A stretch of DNA of 64,000 nt. Source: Kiritimatiellia bacterium. Its GTDB lineage: Bacteria > Verrucomicrobiota > Kiritimatiellia > RFP12 > UBA3636. The notes beneath the pieces are model-generated. The model saw only the letters and a program-made list of their open reading frames with translations, did no database searches and was not told the DNA's origin. The stretch lies in assembly GCA_017481725.1 (NCBI GenBank), contig JAFUOX010000098.1, forward strand, positions 43,168 through 107,167, in the 5' to 3' direction. Below are positions 18,470 through 27,000 of this stretch, in pieces. Position numbers and translations under genes: made by a program. Positions within the stretch are counted from its first letter, which is position 1. Each line of letters opens with the position of its first letter.

Positions 18470-19075
18470 GATGCACGAGATGCACGAGATGCACGAGATG
18501 CCGGTGGTGGCTAAAAGTGCGAAGAAGGGACGCAGAGACGCAGAGACCGCAGAGGTCACAGAGCCGTGATGCCGAAAAAACACTAGCGGAATGAGGTTTG
18601 CCTTGTCTATTGCTTTATCATTCGAAGCAATTGGGCAAATCTCATCCACTAGTGTGCTCGCCCAGAAGCTTATTAAGATGCGGAGGCTTGCTACGCAAAA
18701 TGAAGCTGTGCTTCGCTTCATGCACCTAAGAGGTATCCAATACATCTTAGATGCGCTTCATGCTCATTTATGAGCGTTTCATAGCACGCATGTGCTGCTT
18801 CATCCTCAAAACTCAACTATCAAACTCGCAAACTCGCAAACTTGCAAACTAACTCAGTTCTTGTACGGTTTTAAAGTTTTGAAGTTTGATAGTTTGACAG
18901 TTTTATAGTTTGACAGTGGGCGAGTTTGACAGTGGGGGTGAGGGTGGCTCTGCCGCCCGGTGTTGCTGGGGCTCAAGGTGGCAAGGTGCTAGCCATTGCC
19001 TCCTTGAGCATCGCTAGAATAAATGAAAAATGAAGAATGAAGAGTGAAGAGTGAAGAGAGAGGAGAGAGAAGCCC
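18470..19075. repeat. Mosaic intergenic repeat, copy R2
   Basis: It contains (gatgcacga)x3 at 18470-18502, then a gacgcagag run. A conserved hairpin spans 18581-18654 and atgaagc...gcttcat hairpins follow. (caaactcg)x4 lies at 18821-18850, facing inverted agtttgacag repeats. The GCTCAAGG...CCTTGAGC hairpin is at about 18970-19009 and tgaagaa/g runs at 19020-19070. Confidence 0.85.
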
Positions 19076-19171
19076 TTTTTTCTCTATCTAAATCCATTAA
19101 GAGATGTTTTTACTTGCTCATTTTTTTATATTATTCTAAAATATAGAGAAAAACAAAGGTTAATTAAAAAA

Positions 19172-20410
19172 ATGAATTCTTTTCCTCTCTTTTTAGCACT
19201 AAAATATATGCTTCCAAAGCGTAGCTTTGCATCGGTTATTACGATAATAACTGTGCTTGGCGTTTCTCTTGGCGTTGCAATCCTAATGATTGTTCTTGCT
19301 GTGATGACAGGCTTTGGAGATACGTGGAAGGAAAAAATTCTTAGCTTTAAGCCCCATATCACAATTTCTTCACGTTATTCACAAAATATAGCACATCCTG
19401 ATGTTATTTGTGATTTAGTTATGCAAGAGGAAGCTGTTGTTGCTTGCATGCCAACAATTGCAACGCAGGTTATGGTTAAGTATCGCGATGATGTGGATCC
19501 TGTTGTTGCTCAGGTTATAGGTGTAGATCCATCGCGTTGCCAAATGTTTGATAAGGTGGCCGATAAAATTAAGGTGGGTGCTTTTAATGTTGCTGATGAT
19601 TGTGCCGTAATTGGTGTAGATATGGCTCTTTATAGTTTGGGAGTAAATGCACCAGGAGAAAGATTGTTGTGCTATTCACCACTTAATTTAAAATCGTCAG
19701 ATGAATTGTATTTTCCAGAAGAGCTTTATGTTTCTGGCATTTATGATATGGGTATGAGGGATTTTGATGATGGCCTTATAATCACATCCTTAGGAATGGC
19801 TAGAGATATTACTGGGTTGGAAGATGGCTGCCAAACAATTCAGGTGCAATTAAAAGAGCCTGAGCTTGCTTTTGTTGCTCAAGAAAAAATAGCAGCTAAG
19901 CTTGGTCCATTGTTTGTTGTTAACAATTGGCAAGAAAATGATAAGGTTCTTTTTGAGGCTCTTCGTACAGAAAAAACAATGATGTTTATCTTACTGTTTT
20001 TTATTGCAATTGTAGCTGCATTTTGTGTTACAAATACTCTTATTGTTATAACAATCCAAAAGACACCTGAAATAGGTCTTTTAAAGGCTCTGGGCTTTTC
20101 TAATAAACAGCTTAAGCAAGCATTTATCATTAATGGACAGCTTCAATGCCTCGTGGGCATAGTTCTTGGCGTTGCTTTAGGTTGGTTAGTGCTAATAAAT
20201 CTTCAAAATCTCGTTGCAGCTCTTTCTAGCATAGGAATAGAGGTGTTCCCAAAAGAAATTTATGGACTTGGTGCTATCCCATATCGCATTGTTGTGAGTG
20301 ATGTGTTAGCAACGGTTGGTGCTGTGTTTGTTCTTTGTTCATTAGCTAGTTTCTTGCCTGCATGGCGAGCAGCTGCGCTTGACCCAATAAAAGCGATTAA
20401 TCAGGAGTAA
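19172..20410 (+). CDS. lolE: Lipoprotein-releasing system permease (LolC/LolE-type, FtsX-like)
   Basis: The N-terminus FLALKYMLPKR, a large periplasmic loop and a C-terminal FtsX domain ending ...AAALDPIKAINQE are present. It is followed by lolD. Confidence 0.8.
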   Translation: MNSFPLFLALKYMLPKRSFASVITIITVLGVSLGVAILMIVLAVMTGFGDTWKEKILSFKPHITISSRYSQNIAHPDVICDLVMQEEAVVACMPTIATQVMVKYRDDVDPVVAQVIGVDPSRCQMFDKVADKIKVGAFNVADDCAVIGVDMALYSLGVNAPGERLLCYSPLNLKSSDELYFPEELYVSGIYDMGMRDFDDGLIITSLGMARDITGLEDGCQTIQVQLKEPELAFVAQEKIAAKLGPLFVVNNWQENDKVLFEALRTEKTMMFILLFFIAIVAAFCVTNTLIVITIQKTPEIGLLKALGFSNKQLKQAFIINGQLQCLVGIVLGVALGWLVLINLQNLVAALSSIGIEVFPKEIYGLGAIPYRIVVSDVLATVGAVFVLCSLASFLPAWRAAALDPIKAINQE

Positions 20411-20415
20411 GCGCA

Positions 20416-21132
20416 ATGAGTGAATTGGTTTTATCTGCTAAGCATATATTCAAAACCTATAAACTTCCGTCTGGAAGTATTAAGGTGTTGAATGATTTTT
20501 CTCTAGATATAAAGACAGGCGAGCATGTGGCAATCGTGGGTAAGAGTGGCTCAGGAAAAAGCACTGCACTTCATATTTTGGGCACATTAGATAAGCCAGA
20601 CAAATGCTCTGACACAATTATAAATTTTGCCTCCGTAGGAGATTTGACAAAGCTTTCTGAAAATCGTAAAGCTCTTATACGAGCAGAAAAAATAGGCTTT
20701 GTTTTTCAGTCCTATCATTTGATGCCAGAGATGAATATTGTGGACAATGTTGCTTTGCCAAATATGGCATTGAAGAAGCGAAACCCATTTGCAAAGGATC
20801 GTGCGGTTGCATTGTTGGAAGCAGTTGGTCTTGGTAATAGATTAGAGCATAAGCCACTTGAGCTTTCTGGAGGAGAGCAACAGCGCGTCGCTGTGGCTCG
20901 TGCATTAATTAACTCCCCAGAGCTAATACTTGCAGATGAGCCAACAGGAAATTTAGACCCTGCCACAGGTGAGGCAATTCTTGATGTTTTGTTTTCTCTT
21001 TCATGCAAGCTTCCTCAAATTGCAGGAGAAGAAAAAGCACCTCCTGCCTTGCTGATTGTAACACATACCCAACAAATTGCTGAAAAATGCGATAGAATTT
21101 TAAACCTTGAAAAAGGAATTCTTAAACAATAA
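20416..21132 (+). CDS. lolD: Lipoprotein-releasing system ATP-binding protein
   Basis: Motifs [24 protein letters not shown] and [11 protein letters not shown] are present. Confidence 0.85.
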   Translation: MSELVLSAKHIFKTYKLPSGSIKVLNDFSLDIKTGEHVAIVGKSGSGKSTALHILGTLDKPDKCSDTIINFASVGDLTKLSENRKALIRAEKIGFVFQSYHLMPEMNIVDNVALPNMALKKRNPFAKDRAVALLEAVGLGNRLEHKPLELSGGEQQRVAVARALINSPELILADEPTGNLDPATGEAILDVLFSLSCKLPQIAGEEKAPPALLIVTHTQQIAEKCDRILNLEKGILKQ

Positions 21133-21149
21133 CTATTGAAAGGAAAAAT

Positions 21150-21641
21150 ATGAAAAAATACTCATTATTTATGTTTGCAGCTTTAGTTGCTGTGACAACT
21201 CTAACAGCTGGTTGCTTCTCAATGGATGCAGCTGGTAGCACATATTCTCGCGATGAAGTTAAGAAGGCAAATAAAATCTATATGGCAGAGATTGTTGCTA
21301 TCGACAATGTAACAATAGAAGGAACAAGCGGTGGTGTTGGTGGAGTAGGTGGAGCTCTTGTTGGTGGAGCAATTGGTTCAGGTATCGGAGGTGGCTCTGG
21401 CAATACAATTGCTACAGCTGCAGGTGCTGTTGGTGGTGCTATACTAGGTGCTAAGGCTGAGGAAAAGCTAACACGTACAGCTGCTCTTGAAATTACAGTT
21501 ATGTATTTGCAGACACAAGAGTGTGAGGCAATTGTTCAGACAGCTGGTAATGATAACTTCCAAGTGGGTGACCGCGTTCGTGTGCTAGTTGATAATAGAG
21601 GAACAAAGCGCGTACGCCCTCTATCAAATCCAGCAAATTAA
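21150..21641 (+). CDS. Glycine-zipper (SlyB/17-kDa antigen-like) outer-membrane lipoprotein
   Basis: It has a lipobox LTAGC after the signal peptide. A Gly-rich segment GGVGGVGGALVGGAIGSGIGGGSG is present. Confidence 0.65.
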   Translation: MKKYSLFMFAALVAVTTLTAGCFSMDAAGSTYSRDEVKKANKIYMAEIVAIDNVTIEGTSGGVGGVGGALVGGAIGSGIGGGSGNTIATAAGAVGGAILGAKAEEKLTRTAALEITVMYLQTQECEAIVQTAGNDNFQVGDRVRVLVDNRGTKRVRPLSNPAN

Positions 21642-21648
21642 TAATTCA

Positions 21649-23910
21649 GTGATATCGTTAGCCTCGATTTTTACAACGTCTACACCTGGTAAGGCCCACT
21701 TTGTAGGGATAGGTGGTGTGGGAATGGCGGGCTTGGCCTACATCCTACACCGCTTTGGGTGGATTGTTTCTGGCTGCGATTCACAAATAAATGCAAATAT
21801 CCGTTGGCTGGAAGAGCTTGGTGTGGCAGTGTCTATAGGACACTCTGCCACACATATAGAAGGCTTTGACCCTGCCACGGATATTGTTATTTATACACCA
21901 GCGGTTTCTGAGGAAAGTGAGGAGCTGTTGGCTTTTAAACAAATGGGTTTGCCAATCTATCGGCGAGGTAGGGTGCTCGCAGAATTATCAAAGCATCGAA
22001 AGCTTGTGGCAGTGTGTGGTTCTCATGGAAAAACTACAACAGCAACCTATTTGGCTGCATTGTTACAGGCAGCAAACTATCCTTCGCTCGCTTGGTGTAT
22101 TGGAGGAAGCTCCCACACTCTGCCACATCCAGCAGGTGGTACGCCAGAAAAGCTTGATGCTTTGATTATAACAGAAGCGGATGAAAGTGATGGCACGCTT
22201 GCAGAATATTCTCCACATACTATTGTCATTACAAACGTTGATTTAGATCATATTGATCATTTCGCTGATGAGGCCGCATTTGAGAGTGTTTTTGCAAAGG
22301 CATTATGCGCCACAAAGTGCCATATTGTCTATAATGCAGATGATAGTCGTGCAAGTAAAATTGTAGCCGAGTGTAAGTGTTTAATTAATAAAATTAGCTA
22401 TGGAACAAATCCATCAGCAAATTTTGAGTTAGAAATAGTTGATTCTGATACGGTGTCTCCAGTTGGTAGAATAAATCATCAGGCATTGGCTTTTAATTTT
22501 GCTCTTAAAAATATGCCTGGTAAGCATAATCTTTATAATGCGACTGCGGCAATTTCAGCCGCCGTAGCTTTGGGTGTCCCATTAGCAAAAGCTATTGAGC
22601 TTATTTCAAATTCAGCTAGCCTTCCAGCCCGGCGCTTTGAGAATTTCGAGCATCGCTCAAATCTATTTAAAATTATTTCTGATTATGCACATCATCCAGA
22701 AGAAATAAAAGCATTGATTTCTGCTGCAAAACTAGTACAAGCACGCAGAATTGTGGCTGTATTTCAGCCACATAGATATTCACGAACAAAGAATTTTATA
22801 AAAGAATTTCCTGCCGCATTTGTTGGCTGTGATGAGGTTATAATTCCCCCAGTTTATTCAGCCTCTGAGCCACCTATTGCAGGAGGAACAAGTGCAAGTC
22901 TTTATGCCTCATTCCGTCGTGCTAAGCAATTAGACCCTGCCACAGCACCAGAACCAATTTATGCCACAACATTAAACTCAGTTCTTTCGTATTTGCGTTT
23001 TACTGTTCGTAAGGATGATTTGGTATTGCTTGTAGGTGCTGGTGATATTATTAACCTATTGCCAGAGCTTCAAAGGCTAGAACCTATTGAAGGTGAATTG
23101 GTGCAAATTGGTTCTTTTGGTACTAGGGGCTATGTTAAACGGCTTACAGAAGATTTAGACGAATTTATTAATGCACCAGCTCCGAAAAGGGTTGTTGGTC
23201 ATGGTACGAATTTGTTTATTTCTGGAACTGGCTATGAAGGTGTTATCTTAAGATTGCCAAAGGATTATTCCTTCATTAAACAAATTTCTCCTGTGCAGCT
23301 TGAGGTAGGTGCTGCAACGCCTGCTGCGGCGCTTCTTAAATATTGTAAAGACAATGGTTTGTCTGGCATAGAATTTATGGCAGGGATACCTGGTAATGTC
23401 GGCGGTTGGTTGGCTATGAATGCAGGAACTCGTCAAGGTGCAATATGTGATGCTGTAAAGAATGTCAAGGCTATAGACCCTGCCACAGGAGAGCAATGCG
23501 AGCTATCTGTTACGGATTTAAATGCGGGCTATCATTGTTGTCCTGCTCTTGCAAATAAAATTGTGTTGAGCTGCGTAATTGAGTTGAAGCCTTCTACTCC
23601 AAAGGAAATAGAAGCATCTTTCATACAAGCAAAATCGAAGCGCTTTAATTTTAGTGGTCTGCGCACAGAGGGCAGTGTATTCCGTAATCCATCAAATTCT
23701 GTTGCTGGAAAGCTTTCTGATGAAGCGGGCTGCAAAGGAATGCGTATAGGTGGTGCAAGGGTAATAGAACAGCATGGAAATATAATTGCAACAGAAGAGG
23801 GAGCAACTCCATCTGATGTGGCTGCTTTAGTTGAAAGTGTGCGTGAGGCTGTTTTTGAAAAGCATAATGTGTTACTTGATAGAGAAATAGTAATGCTAGA
23901 AACTATATGA
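21649..23910 (+). CDS. murC: Bifunctional UDP-N-acetylmuramate--L-alanine ligase / UDP-N-acetylenolpyruvoylglucosamine reductase (MurC-MurB fusion)
   Basis: The MurC part has HFVGIGGVGMAGLA and GSHGKTTT. The MurB part (from about residue 480 of the track ORF) has VGHGTNLFISGTGYEGVILRL...GGARVIEQHGNIIAT. The GTG at 21649, just after the upstream stop, is preferred over the overlapping track start at 21589. Confidence 0.85.
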   Translation: MISLASIFTTSTPGKAHFVGIGGVGMAGLAYILHRFGWIVSGCDSQINANIRWLEELGVAVSIGHSATHIEGFDPATDIVIYTPAVSEESEELLAFKQMGLPIYRRGRVLAELSKHRKLVAVCGSHGKTTTATYLAALLQAANYPSLAWCIGGSSHTLPHPAGGTPEKLDALIITEADESDGTLAEYSPHTIVITNVDLDHIDHFADEAAFESVFAKALCATKCHIVYNADDSRASKIVAECKCLINKISYGTNPSANFELEIVDSDTVSPVGRINHQALAFNFALKNMPGKHNLYNATAAISAAVALGVPLAKAIELISNSASLPARRFENFEHRSNLFKIISDYAHHPEEIKALISAAKLVQARRIVAVFQPHRYSRTKNFIKEFPAAFVGCDEVIIPPVYSASEPPIAGGTSASLYASFRRAKQLDPATAPEPIYATTLNSVLSYLRFTVRKDDLVLLVGAGDIINLLPELQRLEPIEGELVQIGSFGTRGYVKRLTEDLDEFINAPAPKRVVGHGTNLFISGTGYEGVILRLPKDYSFIKQISPVQLEVGAATPAAALLKYCKDNGLSGIEFMAGIPGNVGGWLAMNAGTRQGAICDAVKNVKAIDPATGEQCELSVTDLNAGYHCCPALANKIVLSCVIELKPSTPKEIEASFIQAKSKRFNFSGLRTEGSVFRNPSNSVAGKLSDEAGCKGMRIGGARVIEQHGNIIATEEGATPSDVAALVESVREAVFEKHNVLLDREIVMLETI

Positions 23911-23997
23911 AATTTGACTTCATCCTAATTCCCACATTACATCTAAAATTAAGTATCTAGTTTGCTTATTTTGGGACAGATATTAGTTTTCCTTCCT

Positions 23998-24045
23998 AAC
24001 CTTGTTATACGCACGCGGTTGCAGAAGTAACGAGGTTGTTTTTTT
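23998..24045 (+). terminator. Rho-independent terminator after murC-murB
   Basis: The stem is aaccttgtta...taacgaggtt (one G-U pair), followed by gttttttt. Confidence 0.6.
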
Positions 24046-24221
24046 ATAACCAATGGTTAGGTGAGAAAAATTTAGAATTCATTTTTGCCCTAATCCACCA
24101 AAAAAAACTCTTGTTATGAATTATTGATTTAAGGTATAATAATTACGTATTTTTAGTGGCGATTATGGAACGTTGCTAATTACATAACAAATTGATTAAA
24201 TAACTATAAAGGAGATGCATT

Positions 24222-24587
24222 ATGGCAACTTTCGAAATGGACTGTGTAGTCGTTAAAATTATGGATACAGAAACCTTCCCAAGTGGTTTCAGCAAGCGTA
24301 ATATTGTTGTAAAAACAGAAGAACGTTATCCTCAAGATATTCTTGTTGAGTTTTTGAAGGATAATGCAAAGCTAGTAGAGCCATTAAAAGAGGGAACAAG
24401 AATTAAGCTTTCTTTTGATTTGAGGGGTCGCGAATACAATGGTAGATATTTTGTATCTGTCGCAGGCTGGAAGGTTGTAAATCTTGATGCGGTTGAATCA
24501 GCAAATCAGGAGCCAGAAATTGCTGGTGAGAGTATTTCCAGTGCATTCCCTCCAGAAATAGATCTTGATGATAATGTTCCTTTTTAA
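24222..24587 (+). CDS. DUF3127-family (OB-fold-like) protein with SSB-like acidic C-terminal tip
   Basis: The core FPSGFSKRNIVVKTEERYPQDILVEF...LSFDLRGREYNGRYFVSVAGWKV matches my recollection of DUF3127. The C-terminus is ...EIDLDDNVPF. Confidence 0.7.
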   Translation: MATFEMDCVVVKIMDTETFPSGFSKRNIVVKTEERYPQDILVEFLKDNAKLVEPLKEGTRIKLSFDLRGREYNGRYFVSVAGWKVVNLDAVESANQEPEIAGESISSAFPPEIDLDDNVPF

Positions 24588-24608
24588 TTTCTAGGATATT
24601 TTTATTAA

Positions 24609-25508
24609 ATGCCAGCTGAAGAAACAAAACTTGAACGAGTAAAATGGTATATAGATTCCTCTGTAAGTTTTCTAACACGCAAAGGAATTGATTCGCCACA
24701 ATTGGTTGTGGAGTATCTTGTATGCCGCATATTGCGTTGCAAGCGCCTAGAACTACCACTTTATTACACAAAGCAAGCAACTCCTCGTTTTTGTGAGGTG
24801 CTTAAGCGTGGTGTAATGCGTGCAGGTACAGGTGAGCCAATACAATATATTTTGGGAGAGTGGGATTTCCGAGAGCTAACATTAAAGGTGGATAAGCGTG
24901 CTTTAATACCTCGTCCAGAAACAGAGGGATTGGTGCAGCTATTGCTTGATGATATGAAGCATTGCACCGATCCGTCTCCTGTTATTCTTGATTATGGCAC
25001 AGGTACTGGTTGTATTGCATTGTCGATAGCAAAAGAACTACCTAATTCACGAGTCATTGCACTAGATGTTTCTGAGGATGCACTAAGCTTGGCACGTGAA
25101 AATGCAACGAAGCTGGGGCTAGATTCAAAAGTTGTTTTTGTAAATTGTAGTACAGTTGATTTGGCTGATATACTTGAGCCAAATACAATTAATGCAATAA
25201 TATCAAACCCTCCATACATTCCAAGTGCTTCTTGTGATGCTTTGGATTCCAAGGTAAAGGATTTTGAGCCACGCCTTGCCCTTGATGGAGGTCCTGATGG
25301 AATGGATATTGCACGTGCAATTATTGAAGAAGCAGCAATGCTTCTTACAGGGGGAGGTTCTTTATATATGGAGTTGAGTGCAGAAGATAATCAGCCTGAG
25401 CTACTTCGATCATATATGGAAAGCCTTTCCTTTGAGGATGTGCGTGTGTTACCTGATGTGTTTAAGGCGAATAGATTTTTAGCTGGTAGATTACCAATCG
25501 GCTTGTAA
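24609..25508 (+). CDS. prmC: Peptide chain release factor N5-glutamine methyltransferase
   Basis: Motifs IQYILGEWDFREL, the SAM motif ILDYGTGTGCI, and the catalytic IISNPPYIP are present. Confidence 0.85.
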   Translation: MPAEETKLERVKWYIDSSVSFLTRKGIDSPQLVVEYLVCRILRCKRLELPLYYTKQATPRFCEVLKRGVMRAGTGEPIQYILGEWDFRELTLKVDKRALIPRPETEGLVQLLLDDMKHCTDPSPVILDYGTGTGCIALSIAKELPNSRVIALDVSEDALSLARENATKLGLDSKVVFVNCSTVDLADILEPNTINAIISNPPYIPSASCDALDSKVKDFEPRLALDGGPDGMDIARAIIEEAAMLLTGGGSLYMELSAEDNQPELLRSYMESLSFEDVRVLPDVFKANRFLAGRLPIGL

Positions 25509-25529
25509 TGATAATGTAAGGAGTTTTAT

Positions 25530-26096
25530 ATGATAGATCAAGCAAACCTATTAAGTGCTATTGATGGAGCTATGGAAGCTGTTCAAAATCTTAAGGATCA
25601 AATGCCTGTATTGGAAAAGGCGACTGAATTGTTTGTTTCTACTTTACGTAATGGCAATAAGATTTTGACAATTGGTAATGGAGGTAGTGCTGCTGAGGCT
25701 CTACATATGGCAGAAGAGCTTTCTGGTCGTTACAAGAAAAACCGTGTAGCTTTGCCAGGGCTTTGTTTATGTGCAGATTGCACCGCATTAACTTGTATTT
25801 GCAATGATTATGGTGCGGATTATATATTTTCTCGTCAGGTAGAGGCTTTTGGTGCAGAGGGAGATTTGTTGGTTGTTTTCTCAACAAGTGGAAATTCTCA
25901 AAATTTAATTACTGCGGTTGAGTCAGCTCGTGCAAAGGGCTGCAAGGTTTTAACATTGCTTGGACGTGATGGAGGAAAATTAAAGGGTCAGGCAGATGTA
26001 GAACTAATTATTCAGGCAAATGCTTCTGCCCATATTCAAGAAGCACATCAGGTTGTGCTACATGCATTGCTTGAGCAGGTAGAACAATTTTTTTAA
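25530..26096 (+). CDS. gmhA: D-sedoheptulose-7-phosphate isomerase (SIS domain)
   Basis: Motifs GNGGSAAEALHMAEEL and FSTSGNSQN are present. Confidence 0.8.
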   Translation: MIDQANLLSAIDGAMEAVQNLKDQMPVLEKATELFVSTLRNGNKILTIGNGGSAAEALHMAEELSGRYKKNRVALPGLCLCADCTALTCICNDYGADYIFSRQVEAFGAEGDLLVVFSTSGNSQNLITAVESARAKGCKVLTLLGRDGGKLKGQADVELIIQANASAHIQEAHQVVLHALLEQVEQFF

Positions 26097-26113
26097 TTTA
26101 GGAAAGCTTTAAA

Positions 26114-26977
26114 ATGAACCACATTCGCCTTTTATTATTAGTATTTTGCTCATTCTTTTTTCTAGGAGTAAATTCACTTTTTGCTGATAGAATTGAAGAA
26201 GCAATTGTTCTTTCTTTAGAAACTAAGCACCATGAGTTTTTAGACGGTGAACAATTGTCTGTTGGTCTACGTATTGCTAATCGTGGCAATACTCCTTTTA
26301 TTGTAGATACTTATGGGAAATTTAAAGAAAATTCTGTAAAAATTTATATAAGAAATTACGTCGGGCAGCTTTTATTCCCAAAGCAAGAGTTCGAAGAGTT
26401 TAAAAAAATAATGATAATGCCAGGTGCTCAGCAAGATTTTATTGTAAATCTTGACGATGTTTTTGGACAAATACCACAAGGAAAATATACAGTTCATGCA
26501 ATATTAATTAATGGAGATGCAAAGACAAGCTCTAATATTGTAAATCTTGAGATTGTAAAGGGCATAGAATTGCTAAGATTAAAAAATCTCCGTGAGGGGC
26601 TTATTTCTAATGAATTTCTATTATATACGTTGATGTATTGGGTTCGCGATGGGGGAGAGCAATTATTTTTACGTATAGATAATTTGCGTACTGGGCAGCT
26701 TTATGATTTTATTAGTTTAGGAAATCTTGTGCGTGTTGCCAAGCCATCTATTCGTTTTCTTCCTCAAAATGTAGTTGAGGTTTTGCACCAAAATTCAAGA
26801 GATAATTTTATGAAAACACGAATCTCTGTAGGCGGAGATAAATCTGTTCTATTGAGTCGTGATAGAGTTGTAAATCCTAGTGCAATCAAGGAGGCAGAGA
26901 CTCTTCGTCGCACAAAGGAAGCATTACAAAGAGAAGAAGAGAAAAATGGCGGTGGTTTCTTAAGACGCCATAAGTAA
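26114..26977 (+). CDS. Hypothetical secreted protein
   Basis: It has an N-terminal signal-like segment LLLLVFCSFFFLGVNSLFA. No recognisable family motif was found. Confidence 0.5.
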   Translation: MNHIRLLLLVFCSFFFLGVNSLFADRIEEAIVLSLETKHHEFLDGEQLSVGLRIANRGNTPFIVDTYGKFKENSVKIYIRNYVGQLLFPKQEFEEFKKIMIMPGAQQDFIVNLDDVFGQIPQGKYTVHAILINGDAKTSSNIVNLEIVKGIELLRLKNLREGLISNEFLLYTLMYWVRDGGEQLFLRIDNLRTGQLYDFISLGNLVRVAKPSIRFLPQNVVEVLHQNSRDNFMKTRISVGGDKSVLLSRDRVVNPSAIKEAETLRRTKEALQREEEKNGGGFLRRHK

Positions 26978-27000
26978 TATTTAATTTTGGAGAGCTAAAA

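Noticed and set aside
18470-18502. The 9-bp (gatgcacga) and 8-bp (caaactcg) tandem repeats, considered as possible CRISPR or coding microsatellites.
   Set aside because: The units are far too short and have no spacers. They are located outside supported CDSs. I report them only as parts of the mosaic repeat.
18239-18773. ORFs 18239..18745 (-), 18378..18569 (+) and 18591..18773 (+) downstream of aspS. The analogous ORFs are 39131..39451 and 39253..39444 (-), and 58661..58901.
   Set aside because: They overlap terminators, tandem 9-mers and the conserved hairpin. The same DNA occurs in both orientations at different loci, which is incompatible with a conserved protein. I treat them as non-coding repeats.
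21589-21648. The track start of murC-murB at 21589, which overlaps the glycine-zipper lipoprotein gene by 53 nt.
   Set aside because: The extension has no MurC similarity. An in-frame GTG at 21649 lies directly after the upstream stop and just before the conserved HFVGIGGVGM block.
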